NCBI RefSeq assembly: GCF_006345805.1
Contig: NC_042997.1
Span: 112,344,001 to 112,408,000 of the forward strand
DNA: 64,000 nt
Origin: Octopus sinensis
Taxonomy: Eukaryota
Direction of reading: 5' to 3'
Shown: piece after piece, positions 12,013 through 25,379 of the stretch
Layout of the letters: each line of letters begins with the position of its first letter
Position numbering within the stretch: the first letter of the stretch is position 1
Position numbers and translations under genes: made by a program
The notes under the pieces: generated by a model
What the model was told of the DNA's origin: nothing
Seen by the model: the letters and a program-made list of their open reading frames with translations, nothing else
Databases searched by the model: none

Positions 12013-12629
12013 AATCCTTCTGGTTGCTTATTTTAGTTGAACTGTCCCAGTTGTGCCTATAATAATAACGATAATAATAATTTTAATTGATAATTATAAT
12101 GATAACAGTAATGATAATTATAATAATAATAACGATAACAGTAATAATATTAATAATAATAGTTATAATGATAAGTTCTAAAGTGGTCAGTGGTATTGCT
12201 GCAAGCTGCTGACTGTTATTGGAGAAGCAGGACTTCTATGCTGGAGCTAACTGGTAGCAGCAGTTTTAAAAAAAGGAATTGGTGACACCACATCTCTTTT
12301 TGCCTCCTACTTTCTTTCCTTCTCTTCATCTTCTCATGTTTCCTCTTCCTCCTCCCATGGTCTAATCTCTTACTCACGCCACCACTACTCGTCGCCAGCC
12401 AGCCGTCTATTTTAGAGCCCCAATTTTTTTTGCACTTTTTTCTTTTTTGTTTATTTTTTTTCTTCTTTTCTTTTTGCAAATTTTCTTGAAAGTTTGTATT
12501 TGGTGCATGTGAATGAACAGTGTCTCCATAGATATACACACATTTCTGTGCTTACATATCTATACATGTAGACACACACATATATACACCTAGATACGCA
12601 CATGTTTATATATGTATACATATAAAAAC

Positions 12630-12674
<45 letters not shown>

Positions 12675-15600
12675 GTCTGACTCAGTGTTGTTATCTTATG
12701 TACCACAGTCTAAAAAAAGAAAATTTTTATCTTTTTTTCCCCTTGTTTTGGTGAAGATGCTTTTGTAACGGATGATCCCCTGTATATTTATTTACTAGAA
12801 ATAATAACCCTTTACTTCTATCTAATCAGCTACACACCCCTCCCCAATACTCCCTTTTTGGTTTCAGGTCCCCCTACAACTTTTAGAGATTGCTTCAATT
12901 CAACAACAATAATGATTTCAATAATAATAATAATAAAACTGCCATTTTTCTCTCATTTTAAACAATCACACCCACTGCTACTACTACAACAATGTCCACC
13001 ACCATCACAACCACAATATATTTTAAATCCACATTATCAATTCATTCTTTTAGTTGTCTATTTTCCATTGGCTTTTGACTTCTACAAAACCTCGTTTATT
13101 TCCCTGCTCTTTTCTTTTTCTTTGCAGTATTTTATACACACACACACTCGCTCTTCAATGTCGTTATTTTATTGTAAACATAAAGAGATGTATCTACTTC
13201 TTTTATGAAATATCACTTACACATAGTGATACTTAATAACCAGTTAGAACTCAATATATCTTATGTTTTAGAGCAGAGGTCCATATGACCTTGGGAGGGG
13301 TGGGGTTTATACAAGCAAAATTGGGGATCCTCGGTAGTATTTGAAGGGTCCATTTTTAAATATATTTATTGCAAAAGACAGTTTGGTTTCTTTCTCTGAT
13401 GTTTTACAGAATTTGAGGTTTCCGGCCACTGAAACATGTGTCTCTCAGAGAGTGTTATTGCAAACCCATACAAGTGAATGTGGGGGCAAAAATGAAATAG
13501 GAATTTTGAAAGAAGTATCTATAAAGCTAGTTTTTAAACATGGAATGGCTATGAGGGTCCACCAGAGTAAAATAGCACTCAAAGAAGTCCATAGGTTGAG
13601 AACCACTGCTTTCAAGTACAGTGTTAGGTGAGTTTATTAACGAATGCCAAAAGAACAGGAGTCTCATAATTCTGTTATAAGAAGCTCTGCATTCAGAGCT
13701 GAGTGCTTATGTAACATCCTATAGCTTATGGCAGAAACAGCTGTAAGCTAATGAATGTGATTACATGACTCCTTTTCTTTTGTCATTCATTAAGATTTAT
13801 TTATTACTGATATGTTAACTTATTCTAATTGTTAAAGGCAATAAATAATCCTAAAGAAACAATAAACTTCGTTAAGAACAAATTAAGATATTTTACTGCT
13901 GTTAATCCACTAATTAAATATTTGGGAGTGTTAACAAGATGGCTTGGTTAAGCTTATGAAAATGTTTGTCATGAATAGCAGAAGGTGGGGGTCAGTAAAA
14001 TGTAAGTACCAGTAAAGTCCTGGTGTTGATGTAATCAACTGACCTTGTCCCCTTCTCCCCTCAAAACCACCTTTGCTGCCAAAAACATTAGCTCTCCCAG
14101 CCAAGGTTGACTTTGCCTTTCATCCTTTTGTGGTGGATAAAGTAAGTACCAGTTGAGTGCTGGGGGTTAATAAGATTGACTTAGCCTTTCCCCAAATTTG
14201 CTGGCCTTGGGCCAAAATTTGAAAACCATTATTATTATTGTTGTTACTATTAGTTAATGCTAGTTTGTAAATGTACCATTTATTGGAATTTTTAGATTTT
14301 TAGCACAAGACAATTTTAGCGAACTATCCATGTCATTTTACTACAAAATAAATATTTCTGTCTGTAAATGTTTACTTAAAGTTAGTGCTGTATATTGTGA
14401 ACGCATCATTTGCAAATAACACTTTGGAAGAAATGATTTTTTTTTTCACTATACACATTATAGTAGGTGCGCATATATGGGTGTGTATATATATTTAAAC
14501 TAGTTTATTCGTTACTTTATATACTCTTGTTGGAAAGATGTAATTCCTCCCTCCAAGGATATTAAGTCCAAATTATCAAACCCCCCACCCCATCTCTCTC
14601 TCTAAAATATGAGTAACACACACACACGCACACACATAACCCATATCCACAGCTTCATTTCAAGAAATCTCTCATTCCCACTTCTTTTTTCCAGCCATTG
14701 TCATCTGGTTCAACAATGATCATCCTCTTACATCACCATCATCACCATCGTCGTCATCATCATCACTATTATTTCCCCCACCCCCATTTCATCATCATAT
14801 CTCTAATGAAGTTGTCTCCATTCTTGGTTGCTATTCAGCTGTAAACCTGCACTAGCCCCAGCCTCCCACCCACCCAAATTGAAGTAGGCATTTCTGGTTA
14901 AATAAGTCATTAATCAGTTAGTTACAGTTTTATTTATGGCCAATTGCTATCAGAAGATGAAATTAAAAAAGGATACCATGATGATAATAATAATAGTGAT
15001 GATGATAAATTTACTAAGACCATTTTTTTTTTGGTTGTTGATAGTTGATTTTATATCAAATAAATAGATTTCTTTTCCGATTCAGTGTTATTGCAGCAAA
15101 TTGGAAGAAGGAAGAAAAATAAGTTTATATGTGTGGGTGTGTGTATGTGAGAGAGATAAAGGGAGAGGAAGGGAAAAAAATAAGCGAGAAGCACTTATTC
15201 TCTGCAAAAAAAAAATTAAATTTAAAAAAAATAAAAAAGTCTGCATTTCAAAGTTTGCAATAAAAAAAAAATTTTAAAATCAAAGAAGATAAATAATTAA
15301 TCTTAATGAATTAAGTTTTGATTATTTAGCAATGAAAACATTTGGTAAACTAGCATCAATTTGTTTGTGAGTGTAAACGTTCATTTTTTTTTTTTGTTTT
15401 TGAAATAATTTTTTTCTCTTCATCTTATTACTGGGAAGTTCTGTGCAGAATTTATTAATCCTTGTCACACAGTATTGGCCAGAATTGAAATATTAACTGC
15501 TGTGTTAGAGTAAACAACATCAACAACAACCAATGTAAACTCTACAAAGCTCTATTTAGTAACGGTTGAGGGGAGGGGCAATCACCAGACTTAATTTATT

Positions 15601-16950
15601 TGTCGTCGATCATTAATTTTGTTGAACTTAATTCTTTATTAAGATTGTATTCCCTGTATATAGGATGTGTGTCGATACTTTTAACCTTCATTATTATAAA
15701 TAATATTAATAATAATCATAATAATAATGTATTCTTCTATGGTTTTACAGCAACAATTTTATTCAACTTGTAATCTCCATTTGTAGGTAATAACACTTCT
15801 TAAACCTGGAATTCTGTTGCTGGACACGATTTTAGTTCATTAGTTTACTCACTGAACAGTTTAGAATCTCAGTTCTTGCCTTTGGCATCAAACAGTCTTG
15901 AAATTAGAACTAACCTGTTCCTTGTGTCGTTAATGTGGAATTTAAAAACAAAAAAAAAAGGATCATTCATTTTACAATATTTAGGAACTTACTCGACTGA
16001 AAGTGGGGTAACACTGGATTACTGTAATCCAGTCTCTGATTTGAATTACCATTTAAATTCCTATTCACTATGTGATCTCTTTGTTGGAATAGGAAATGTT
16101 CACCAGTTTTTTTTTTAATTATATTTCAAACAAGATCTCATCTTAACTTATAATCCAACGATGTAATATTATTTAGCAAAAAAACAATACACTTCATTTC
16201 TTTTTGTCTTTTTTCTGTCTTCAGGGGAATACTCTCAGAAAATTTGCTCATTTCTTCAAATCAGTTGACAGACAGATGCTTCCACTTAAAAAAAAATAAA
16301 AAATTTAAAAATTAAAAAAAATCGATCATGAAAAGTAACTTTTAGTGGATGGATCCTTTTACTCATTAAAATACTTCACATATTTTTTACACCTATTGAA
16401 GAAAAATTAAATTTAAAAATTAAAAAAAAACAAACAAAAACATGCAAAAGGCAATAGAATTAAAGTAGAAAATTTTTTTTTCCCACTGCCTCTATAAACA
16501 ATTTCATCTTTTTTTTTCTCCCAAGATCTAATGTACCTCTATAAGCATATTCACATGTCATCACTACAAAGGAGTATTTATTTTTTTTTTTTGTTGGCAA
16601 TGAGCATTTCTTTTTTAAATAGCTTGTTTGACTTTCTAAACTTTTTTTTTTAATTTTCCACCCATCCCACCCTACTTTTTAGATTATCTGTATGGATACG
16701 ATGACTGTTGTACTAAAACTATTTCGTCTTGGGTGTTTCAAATTGTCATGTGTGAGCCATAAATAGATTCAACAGGTTTTTAGCTGAACTTCGGAAGAGA
16801 GGACTCACTCACAATCTCTCTTTTGATGTGGACATCTCATAAGGGCCTCAGGTAAAAAAAACAAAAACAAAAAGCAAAACAAAAAAAAACAAAAACAAAA
16901 AACATCCCCAACTTTCAAACAATAAACTTGTTTCTATTGTTGATATTTGT
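12013..16950 (+). other. Probable long 3'UTR of the plus-strand gene
   Basis: AT/U-rich, mostly unique sequence without the RTE repeat found elsewhere. AATAAA at 16921-16926 is followed by a GT/T-rich tract, and dense repeats resume at about 17040. Confidence 0.5.
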
Positions 16951-17039
16951 TGATTTCTTTAATTAATTAATCATGTTTTATGTGTAATTAATTTAAGAAT
17001 TTCATTTTTGTTTCCTACCTTTATTTCTAATTCATGGAG

Positions 17040-17778
17040 AGAAATGTTGGACATAAGAAGCATCGGATGTGGCATGTAAGAGAGACGTTTATGTTGGTAT
17101 GGTCATGCACTACAGAAGGATGAGGAGAGCTGTGTGAATAAGTGCCACTCCCAAACTGGAAGGAATCCAGAGTAGAGAGAGACCTAGGAAGACATGGGAT
17201 GAGGTGGTGAAGCACAACCATTGAACATTGGGCATCACAGAAGCAATGACTAAAGACCAAGACCTCTGGAGATATGCTGTGACTGAAAAGACCCGGCAAT
17301 TAAAGTGAGTTCACAGCTGTATCCTACACCAGTGTTGCATAACCAACCCACTCAAAAAGTACCTTGGATTGTAGGGCGACATACCGTGCTTGAAGAGACC
17401 TATGGAGTCAAGTACAGCAACATCAAATCAAATCACATTTCAATGGAAATTGTAGTTGTGACCCCGTGCCAGTGACATGTAAAATGTACCATCTGAATGT
17501 GGCCAATGCCAGTGCCACCTTGACTGGCTTCTGTGCCTGTGGCATGTAAAAAGCACCAACCAATTGTGGTCATTGCCAGCCCCCTCTGGCCCCTGTGCCA
17601 GTGGTATGTAAAAAACAGCCACTACACTCTTGGAGTGGTTGGCGTTAGGAAGGGCATCCAGCTGTAGAAACACTGCCAGATCAGATTGGAGCCTGGTTCA
17701 GCATCCTGGCTTCCCAGACCCCAGTCAATCCATCCAACTTATGCCAGCATGGGAAATGGGTGTTAAACAATGATGATG
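17040..17778 (+). mobile_element. 5'-truncated RTE LINE (ORF end, 3'UTR and (GAT)n tail)
   Basis: RRLCWYGH..., RKTWDEVVKH..., DQDLWRYAV followed by the common 3'UTR. Some 20 more UTR/tail fragments of this family occur across the window. Confidence 0.85.
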
Positions 17779-18653
17779 GAGGAAACTGAAAGAGGCCCAT
17801 TATTTATATGTGTTTGTGTTTGTCCCACACCCCAATGCTTGAGAACTGGTGTTAGTATGTTTATATCCCCATAACTTAGTGGTTCAGCAAAAGAGACCGA
17901 TAGAATAAGTACCAGGCTTTAAAAAAAAAAAGCTAGGGTCAATTCATGTTTCAAAGCAATGCTCCAGCATGACTGCAACATCAACCTCCCTGTTGCCAAT
18001 CTTCTTTTGCTTTCAAGCAAAGGAACCCTAACCCTTCACCCAGAAAGGTTTTTCTTTTTATTAAAGACTGGAAACGGACACCATCATTTGTCTGGCAATG
18101 ATGCTTCTTTCAGTTTCCATTTACCATATCAACTCACTAAGCTTTCGTTGACCCAGCACAATAGTGAAAGACAATTGCCCAATGTGCTGTTTATTAGGAC
18201 TGAACTCAAAGCCACGTTTGTGTCTGTCTATGTGGCATTAGCACAGGTGCTCTATACATGCTAGCAGCCCACAGATGGAAATGGATATCTGTATATGTTC
18301 CTGTTTGTAATGTTATTGGCTACTGGTTAAAAAAAAAGAAAAAAAAGGGGGTTTATTTGCTGAGTTTTGATAAAATAGGTTAGCCCAGTGGTTCTCAATT
18401 ATTTTCCTGCCTATGGACCCTCATAACCATTTGATATTTAACGAAATTCTTGTTTCAATCATTTAACTGCAGCCAAGCTGGAGTACCACCTTTAGTTGAA
18501 CAAAATGACCCTAGGACTTAATCTTTGTAAGCCAAGTACTTATTCTATTGGTCTCTTTTGCAGAACCACTAAGTTATGGGGGACGTAAACACACCAACAT
18601 CGGTTGTCAAGCAACGGTGGGGGAACAAACATGGACATACAAACACTATATAT

Positions 18654-18703
<50 letters not shown>

Positions 18704-19289
18704 CACACAATGGGCTTCTTTCAGTTTCCATCTTCCTAATCCAATCACAAGGCTTTGGTCAGCCCAAGGCTATAATAGTAGACACTTGCCCAAGGTGCCA
18801 TGCAGTGGGACTGAACCCGGAACCGTGTGTTTGGGAAGCAAGCTACTTACCACACAGCCATGCCCGCACCTATCATTATCATTGTCATCGTTTAACATCT
18901 GCTTTCCATACTGGCATGGGTTGGACGGTTTGACTGGGGACTGGCAAGCCAGGAGGCCACACCAGGCTCCAATCTGATATGGCAAAGTTTCTACAGCTAG
19001 ATGCCCTTCCTAACACCAACCACTCTAAGAGTGTAGTGGGTGCTTTTATGTGTCACCGGCATGGGAGCCAGTCAGGTGGTTCTGGCATCGACCACGCTCA
19101 AAAGGTGTTTTTTACGTGCTACCTGCAAGGGAGCCAGTCCGGCAGCCCTGGCAATGACCACGCTTGAATGTTGTTTGTCATGTGCCGGTAAGATGATTAA
19201 ATAAGGAATTGTATAAGAAATATTGTTAAAATATTCTGTGTTCTGTAAAAGTATAACCAGTTTATTGCTAATAAATATTAATAAAAAAG

Positions 19290-19722
19290 CGGGGAGCTGG
19301 CGGAAACATTAGCACACTGGGCGAAATGCTTAGCGGTGTTTTGTCTGTCTTCACGTTCTGAGTCCAAATTGTGCCGAAGTTGACTTTGCCTTTCATCCTT
19401 TTGGAGTCAAAAAAATTAAGTACCAGTTGCATGTTTGGGATTGATCTAATTGACTGGCCCTCCCCCAAAATTTTGGGCCTTGTGCCTAGAGTAGAAAAGA
19501 ATATTTATACAAGGGAAAGGTGGCAAACTGGCAGAAGCATTAGCACACCAGGTGAAATGCTTAGTGGTATTTCGTCTGTCTTTATGTTCTGAGTTCAAAT
19601 TCCGTCAAAGTCGACTTTGCCTTTCATCTTTTCAGGGTCAAAAAATTAAGTACTGGGGTCGATCTAATCAATTGACCCCACTTCCCCAAGTCTCAAGCCT
19701 TGTGCCTAGAGTAGAAAAGAAT
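19290..19722 (+). mobile_element. Two tandem tRNA-derived SINEs (Meta-domain-like core)
   Basis: gagctggc...ttagca...gagttcaaat head and the core gcctttcatcc...aattaagtacc, each present twice. Confidence 0.75.
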
Positions 19723-20376
19723 AAATATTAATGATAAAATCTTTTAAGGATCCCTAAAGGTTATGCTGGACCCTGATTGAGAATCACTTGGTTGGCGAAG
19801 AAAGACACGAGACAAAAGTTCTTACCTTGACAGTCGAGTGGTGGAAACCAGAGATGGCCGAGGATGAAATCACTGTATGAAGATGCATCTAACCTGTCTT
19901 TGCAAGCCAGTCTTTTTGCTTTTATATGTTCTGTCAACCTCATTGTTCCATCACTATGGTCACCCTCGGTTTTGGTCTTAGGACTTTGCTCCACACACAC
20001 ACACAAGTATGCAATATATGTTTGGGTAGAGACTAAGAATATTCTTATTTCGGTCGATTTTAGGCCAAGGTGCAACAGTCATAACTTGCCTGAAGAGCCT
20101 GTGCACCCAAAAGGGGTGGGGTTGGGGGACCCAGAGGAGAAAGAGACCGACTCAACCAAAATAATTATATCTCTACTTCTTTTAGTCATTATTCTGTGGT
20201 CATGCTGGGGCACCACTTCGATGAATATTCAGTTGAATGAATTAACCCAAATACTCATATTTTTCTAAGCCTGGTTCTTATTCTATCGATCTCTTTTGCT
20301 GAACTGCTAGGTTACAGGGATGTAAACACACTAACACTGATTGTCAAGCAGCAGTGGGGGACAAACATACACATAC

Positions 20377-20418
<42 letters not shown>

Positions 20419-22752
20419 CAGGCTTCCTTCAACCAAAATCCACTTACAATGCTTTGGTTGGCCTGAGGCTTAAATAGAAGAGACTTGCCTAAAGTGGCAT
20501 GTAGTGGGACTGAACCTGGAACCTTGTGGTTGGGAAGCAAGCTTCTTACCACACAGCTATTTCTGGTTTTATGTTTACATCAATCTTTTCAAGTTAGTCT
20601 TTGAACTGTCTGAAGAGTCAATGCTGTGGAGGTCAAATATTGCTGGCTTTGTGCATACAGAAATATTCAAATTAACAGGAATAAAAAACATACACACAAT
20701 CTGAGGAAACAAAGTTTTTAAAAAATATTCGTGATTGTCACTGAGTTGAAGCAATGGAGTAGGATGTTTGCAAGACTGTATTATGCCATGAACTGGTAGT
20801 GTTGTTAGCATGCCAGGCTAAATGCTTGGTGGCTTTCTTTACGTTCATCATCATCCTCATCGTTTAATGTCCGCTTTCCATGCTGGCATGGGTGGGGTGG
20901 TTTGACAAGAGCCGACTGGACAGAAGCCTGTGCCAGACTTCTGTAACTGTTTCAGCAAGGTTTTTACAGCTGGATGCCCTTCCTAATATGAACCACTCAG
21001 CAGAGTGGATTTAGTGCTTTTTACATGGCACAAGCACAGATAAGGTCAGTTTTGGCAAGGCTTTTACAGCTGGGTGTCCTTCCTAACACCAACCACTCAG
21101 CAGAGTGGACTTAGTTCTTTTTATGTGGCACAAGCACAGGCAAGGTTTTTACAGCTGGGTGCCCTTTCCAGTGCCAACCACCCAGCAGAATGGACTATCT
21201 GAGTTCAAATAGCAATAGGGTTGACTTTGCCCTTCATATCCTTTCAAAATTGATAAAATAAGTACCAGTTGCACATTCGGGATCAATCTAATTGACTTTC
21301 TTACTTCTGCTTTCTACTATAAGTACAAGGCCTGAAAGTTCTGTGCTCAGCTGGTACTTATCTCATCAATGCCAAAAGGATGAAGGGTAAAGTTGACCTT
21401 GGTGGGATTTGAACTCAACAGAAAGAGCTGCTAACCATTTTGACTGACACACTAATGAAGCAACTGCCCACGATTTTAAATAATAATAATAATAATCATC
21501 GTCGTCGTTTAACGTCTGCTTTCCATGCTGGCATGGGTTGACAGTTTGTCAAAGGGCTGACAAGCCAGCAGGCTGCACCAGGCTCAATCTGATCTGGCAA
21601 AGATTCTACAGGTGGATGCCCTTCCTAAGGCCAACCACTCCAAGAGTGTAGTGAGTGCTTTTACATGCCACTGGCATGAAGCGTCAGTCAGGCAGTACTG
21701 GCAACGACCACACTCAAATGGTGTATTTTTTAACATGCCGCCTGCACAGGAGCCAGTCCAATGGCACTGGCAAGAACCACATTCGAATGTTGTTTTTCAT
21801 GTGCCACTGGCACAGATGCCAGTAAGGCAACGCCTTTCTACTAAGGGTACAAGGCCTGAAATTTTTAGGAGAGGGGGCTAGTTTATTACATTGACCCCAG
21901 TGTTTCACTGGTACTTAATTTATCGACCCCCAAAAGGACAAAAAGCAAAGTCGACCTCAGTGGAATCTGAACTCAGAACGTAGCAACAGCTAAAATGCCT
22001 TTTGGCATTTTGCCTGGTGTACTAACGATTCTGCCAGTTCGCTGCCTTAATCCTATTGCATGCAATACTCAATCTGGTAAACTACAACTCATTGGGAAAA
22101 AAAAAGCTAAAAGAAGGGACAGAAAATAGAGAAGTTAAAGAAAGACAGCAATGGAAGCTAAAGAAAGGCACACAATCCAGAGAGAGAGGCTGAGAAATGA
22201 ACCTTAAGAGTGATGAAGACAGAAGTGTGGATAGACAGGTCGAGATTAATGTTGGTGAATTTCAGGAAGCATAGAATTGGGTTTTGAAGAATGCAATTTC
22301 CAGACAGATCACCACCACCACCGTTTTAGTGTCCACTTTTGCATCATGGGTCAGACATAATTTGTTGAGGCAGATTTTCTATGCCTGGACACCCTGTCAA
22401 CTTCACATTTTCAAGCGAAGTAGTATATTCCTCCATGGTCAAATATGATGTTTTGTTCATGGAAGACTGGAAAAGAACAGTAATTAAAATGTCACCCAAA
22501 GTTTATTCCGTGTTTTCATAATTCTGATCCTGAAAAAATGCTTCCGATAGTGAAGGCGGCTGCAGCACAGTTCTGATTTTATAAGAATGTTTACGAATGG
22601 TAGGGATATTAAATCAAAAACAGTTTCGATGTTAAAATTTCGACCTGAACACGTTTTATACAGAGAAATCTGGACAAGGGGAAGTAACTTGGGTGATTTC
22701 GTTTTGGGATTTGGTTTGCAAGATTCTTTATGAGTTCGTGTGTTGAAGCATA

Positions 22753-22905
22753 TTCTGTTGTGTCTGGGGAGAATCATTTTCTTTTTATGCCTTATAATAT
22801 AACACACTCAAAAATAAAAATAAGAGAAAAAGTGGAAATTTTACCGGTGAGTGTGTTATATTATAAGGCACAAAAAGAAAATGACTCTCCCCAGACACAA
22901 CAGAA
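22753..22905. repeat. Inverted repeat (about 58-bp arms), Penelope-like fold-back
   Basis: ttctgttgtgtctggggag...aacacactca versus tgagtgtgtt...ccccagacacaacagaa. Confidence 0.75.
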
Positions 22906-23039
22906 CTTGGGTTAGTTTACATAAAAAATGACGTTGGGAACACGTTGATATTAAAACTGAATCTTTTTAGAAAAATAAAAAAGAAGAGGAAAGTGTTTAT
23001 GCGGTTCTACTTACCACTTGTTTATGGTTGGGGGAATTT

Positions 23040-23890
23040 ATCTCCACTGTATCCAACATCTCCAATTTTTAGATATTTCCATCAGCACAAACACAATCCG
23101 TTGGTCTGCCTCCTTCATCCAGTACAAGCCGACTAATGCTCACACTTCTCACCCCAAATACTCTAGATCCACCATTCCAGTCTTTCAATTTCTTCAGCCT
23201 CACAAACTCTGCCAGCATTGAATCAGATTTTGTGTCCCAAAGCAAGAGAATGCAACATTTTTTCCTGAATCGAGATTATTCCGGATCAGTTTTGGATCCT
23301 GCACACTGCCAGGCCCAAACAGGGTTTGGGGTGGGCTCCACGACCCTCTCCACACACTGGATATCACTTTCCCTCTCACATTCTACCCATGCATCTTTCC
23401 ATTGAAACACAAAAATCACATGTCTTTTCCAAACCCTACTTTCTGATCCCATGACCATTCCGGTCTTTCCTCACCTCCAAGACAGACAGAATCCCCAGCA
23501 GCCTTCTAGTTCTCAGCTACAAACAGCCTAGCCACACACAATCGGCCACTCTTAAGCGTGCTTGCCAACAATGCAACACCTGCCTCTACATTAATAACAC
23601 TACAACCATCGCTGGGCCTAAGCTACAGCACCACATTACCTGAAACTTCTGTTGCGGATCTTCTAACCTTGTAAACTTTGTGTCATTCTTTACATTGTGG
23701 AAACAGGCCATTGCCTTGCCAATCACTTTTAGGAGTGGTTGTCAAGCACATTACAATGCATGTTGGACCAACCTATCATTATCCACTTCAACACAATAAG
23801 CGATTCCCGTTTACTGAGGAACATTTTTTTTTTATGGCTGTATGCTTTTCCTGTCACCAACCATCAACTCTTTCCAAGGAAGGAAATATT
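23040..23890 (+). mobile_element. Degenerate Penelope-like element (C-terminal RT/thumb and GIY-YIG region)
   Basis: Fragments SHPKYSRSTIP..QFL, DFVSQSKRMQHFFLNRDY and CQQCNTCLYI resemble PLE ORF C-termini; many frameshifts. Confidence 0.65.
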
Positions 23891-24533
23891 CAGTTCTATA
23901 TTTAAGAGATGAGGAATTATGTACATTATTTACAGTTGATGGATATTTTATTCTCATCTTGTTTGTTGTTAACACGTTTTGGCTGATATACCCTCCAACT
24001 TTCATCAGGTGTCTTGGGGAAATTTCAAATCTGGGTTCTCCTTCCTAAGATATTTTTTGATGCTGTTGTTGTTGTTATTATTATTATTCAGGTCTATAAT
24101 AATAATGATAATAACATTGACAGCGGCCATGCTGGAGCACCCTCTTTAGTCAAGCAAATGGACCACAGGACTAATTCTTTGTAAGCCTAGTACTTATTCT
24201 ATCAGGCCCTTTTGCCGAACTACTAAGTTACCAGAACGTAAACACACCAGCATCGGTTGCCAAGCAATAATGGGAGAACAAACACAGACACACACAAACA
24301 CACACATATATATATATATACGACGGGCTTCTTTCAGTTTCCGTCTACCGAATCCACTCACAAGGCTTTGGACAGCCCGAGGCTATAGTAGAAGACACTT
24401 GCCCAAGGTGCCATGCAGTGAGACTGAACCCAGAACCATGTGGTTGATTAGCAAGCTACTTAACACCACATCCACTCTTGTGCTTATATATATACATACA
24501 TTATATATGCATAAATATATATATTATATATGC

Positions 24534-24564
<31 letters not shown>

Positions 24565-24877
24565 GCATAAAATATATGTTACATGCATAAATATATATAT
24601 ATATATATGGATAAATAAATATATATACTATAAATGCATAATATATATATATATATATATATAATATATATATATATATTATATATGCATAAATATATGT
24701 TACATGCATAAATATATATATATATATATGGATAAATAAATATATATACTATAAATGCATAATATATATATATATATATATATGCATCTAGCAAATCCAC
24801 TCACAAGGCCTAGGACTGTAGCTAAAAACACTTGCCTAAGGTTCTAAGACAAGAAGTAAGATTTGAGCATGAATATA

Positions 24878-24883
24878 TTTATT
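24878..24883 (-). terminator. Candidate HYDIN polyadenylation signal AATAAA
   Basis: tttatt on the plus strand, 10 nt after the stop codon; repeats begin about 40 nt further on. Confidence 0.6.
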
Positions 24884-24893
24884 GACACTTGAA

Positions 24894-25379
24894 CTAAACA
24901 GAAATTCCTTTCAAATAAAACAGCCATTGTAGATTTGCTGTGTCTGCTGTTACATGGGGACAGGAGACAATCAGTTTGCTTTTGAGCTCAGTCTGCACAG
25001 GAAGGTTACTGTTGTCAAACGCGACAGAAATACGATAGTCTTTGTGGGCACGAATCGCTTCCTTCTTCTTGGAGAGGATGAACCGATCATCATCAACTTG
25101 AAATTTGAAACTGGTTGCTGTGTTGAAGATGTTGCGGAAAGTAATGAAAATATTTGAACCTGATTTGATGGTGAATGGTCCCTGGGGTTTGGGTGGGCCA
25201 CACGTTCCAAATAGTGGGAAGATATATTCTCCACCAACTGCTGACGAAGCTGTTAGAATAGCTCGCTGCTCTCCCAAGCGAGATGGTTCAAAGGAGACAT
25301 CAAATGAAATTTCAGTTCCAGAAGACGAAGCACTAGCAGCTGGGATGGATTTGTCAACATGGAAATCTGGATTATCCAC
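24894..25379 (-). CDS. HYDIN: HYDIN terminal coding exon
   Basis: gcaacag|GTG GAT AAT... to TAG at 24896-24894. 486 nt, FEPSRLGEQRAILTASSAVGGEYIFPLFGTCGPPKPQGPF...WLFYLKGISV, the characteristic HYDIN C-terminus. Confidence 0.95.
   Translation of the reverse strand: MDNPDFHVDKSIPAASASSSGTEISFDVSFEPSRLGEQRAILTASSAVGGEYIFPLFGTCGPPKPQGPFTIKSGSNIFITFRNIFNTATSFKFQVDDDRFILSKKKEAIRAHKDYRISVAFDNSNLPVQTELKSKLIVSCPHVTADTANLQWLFYLKGISV

Noticed and set aside
24500-24790. AT-rich ~120-bp tandem duplication
   Set aside because: Ordinary compound (TA)n microsatellite expansion with no additional structure.
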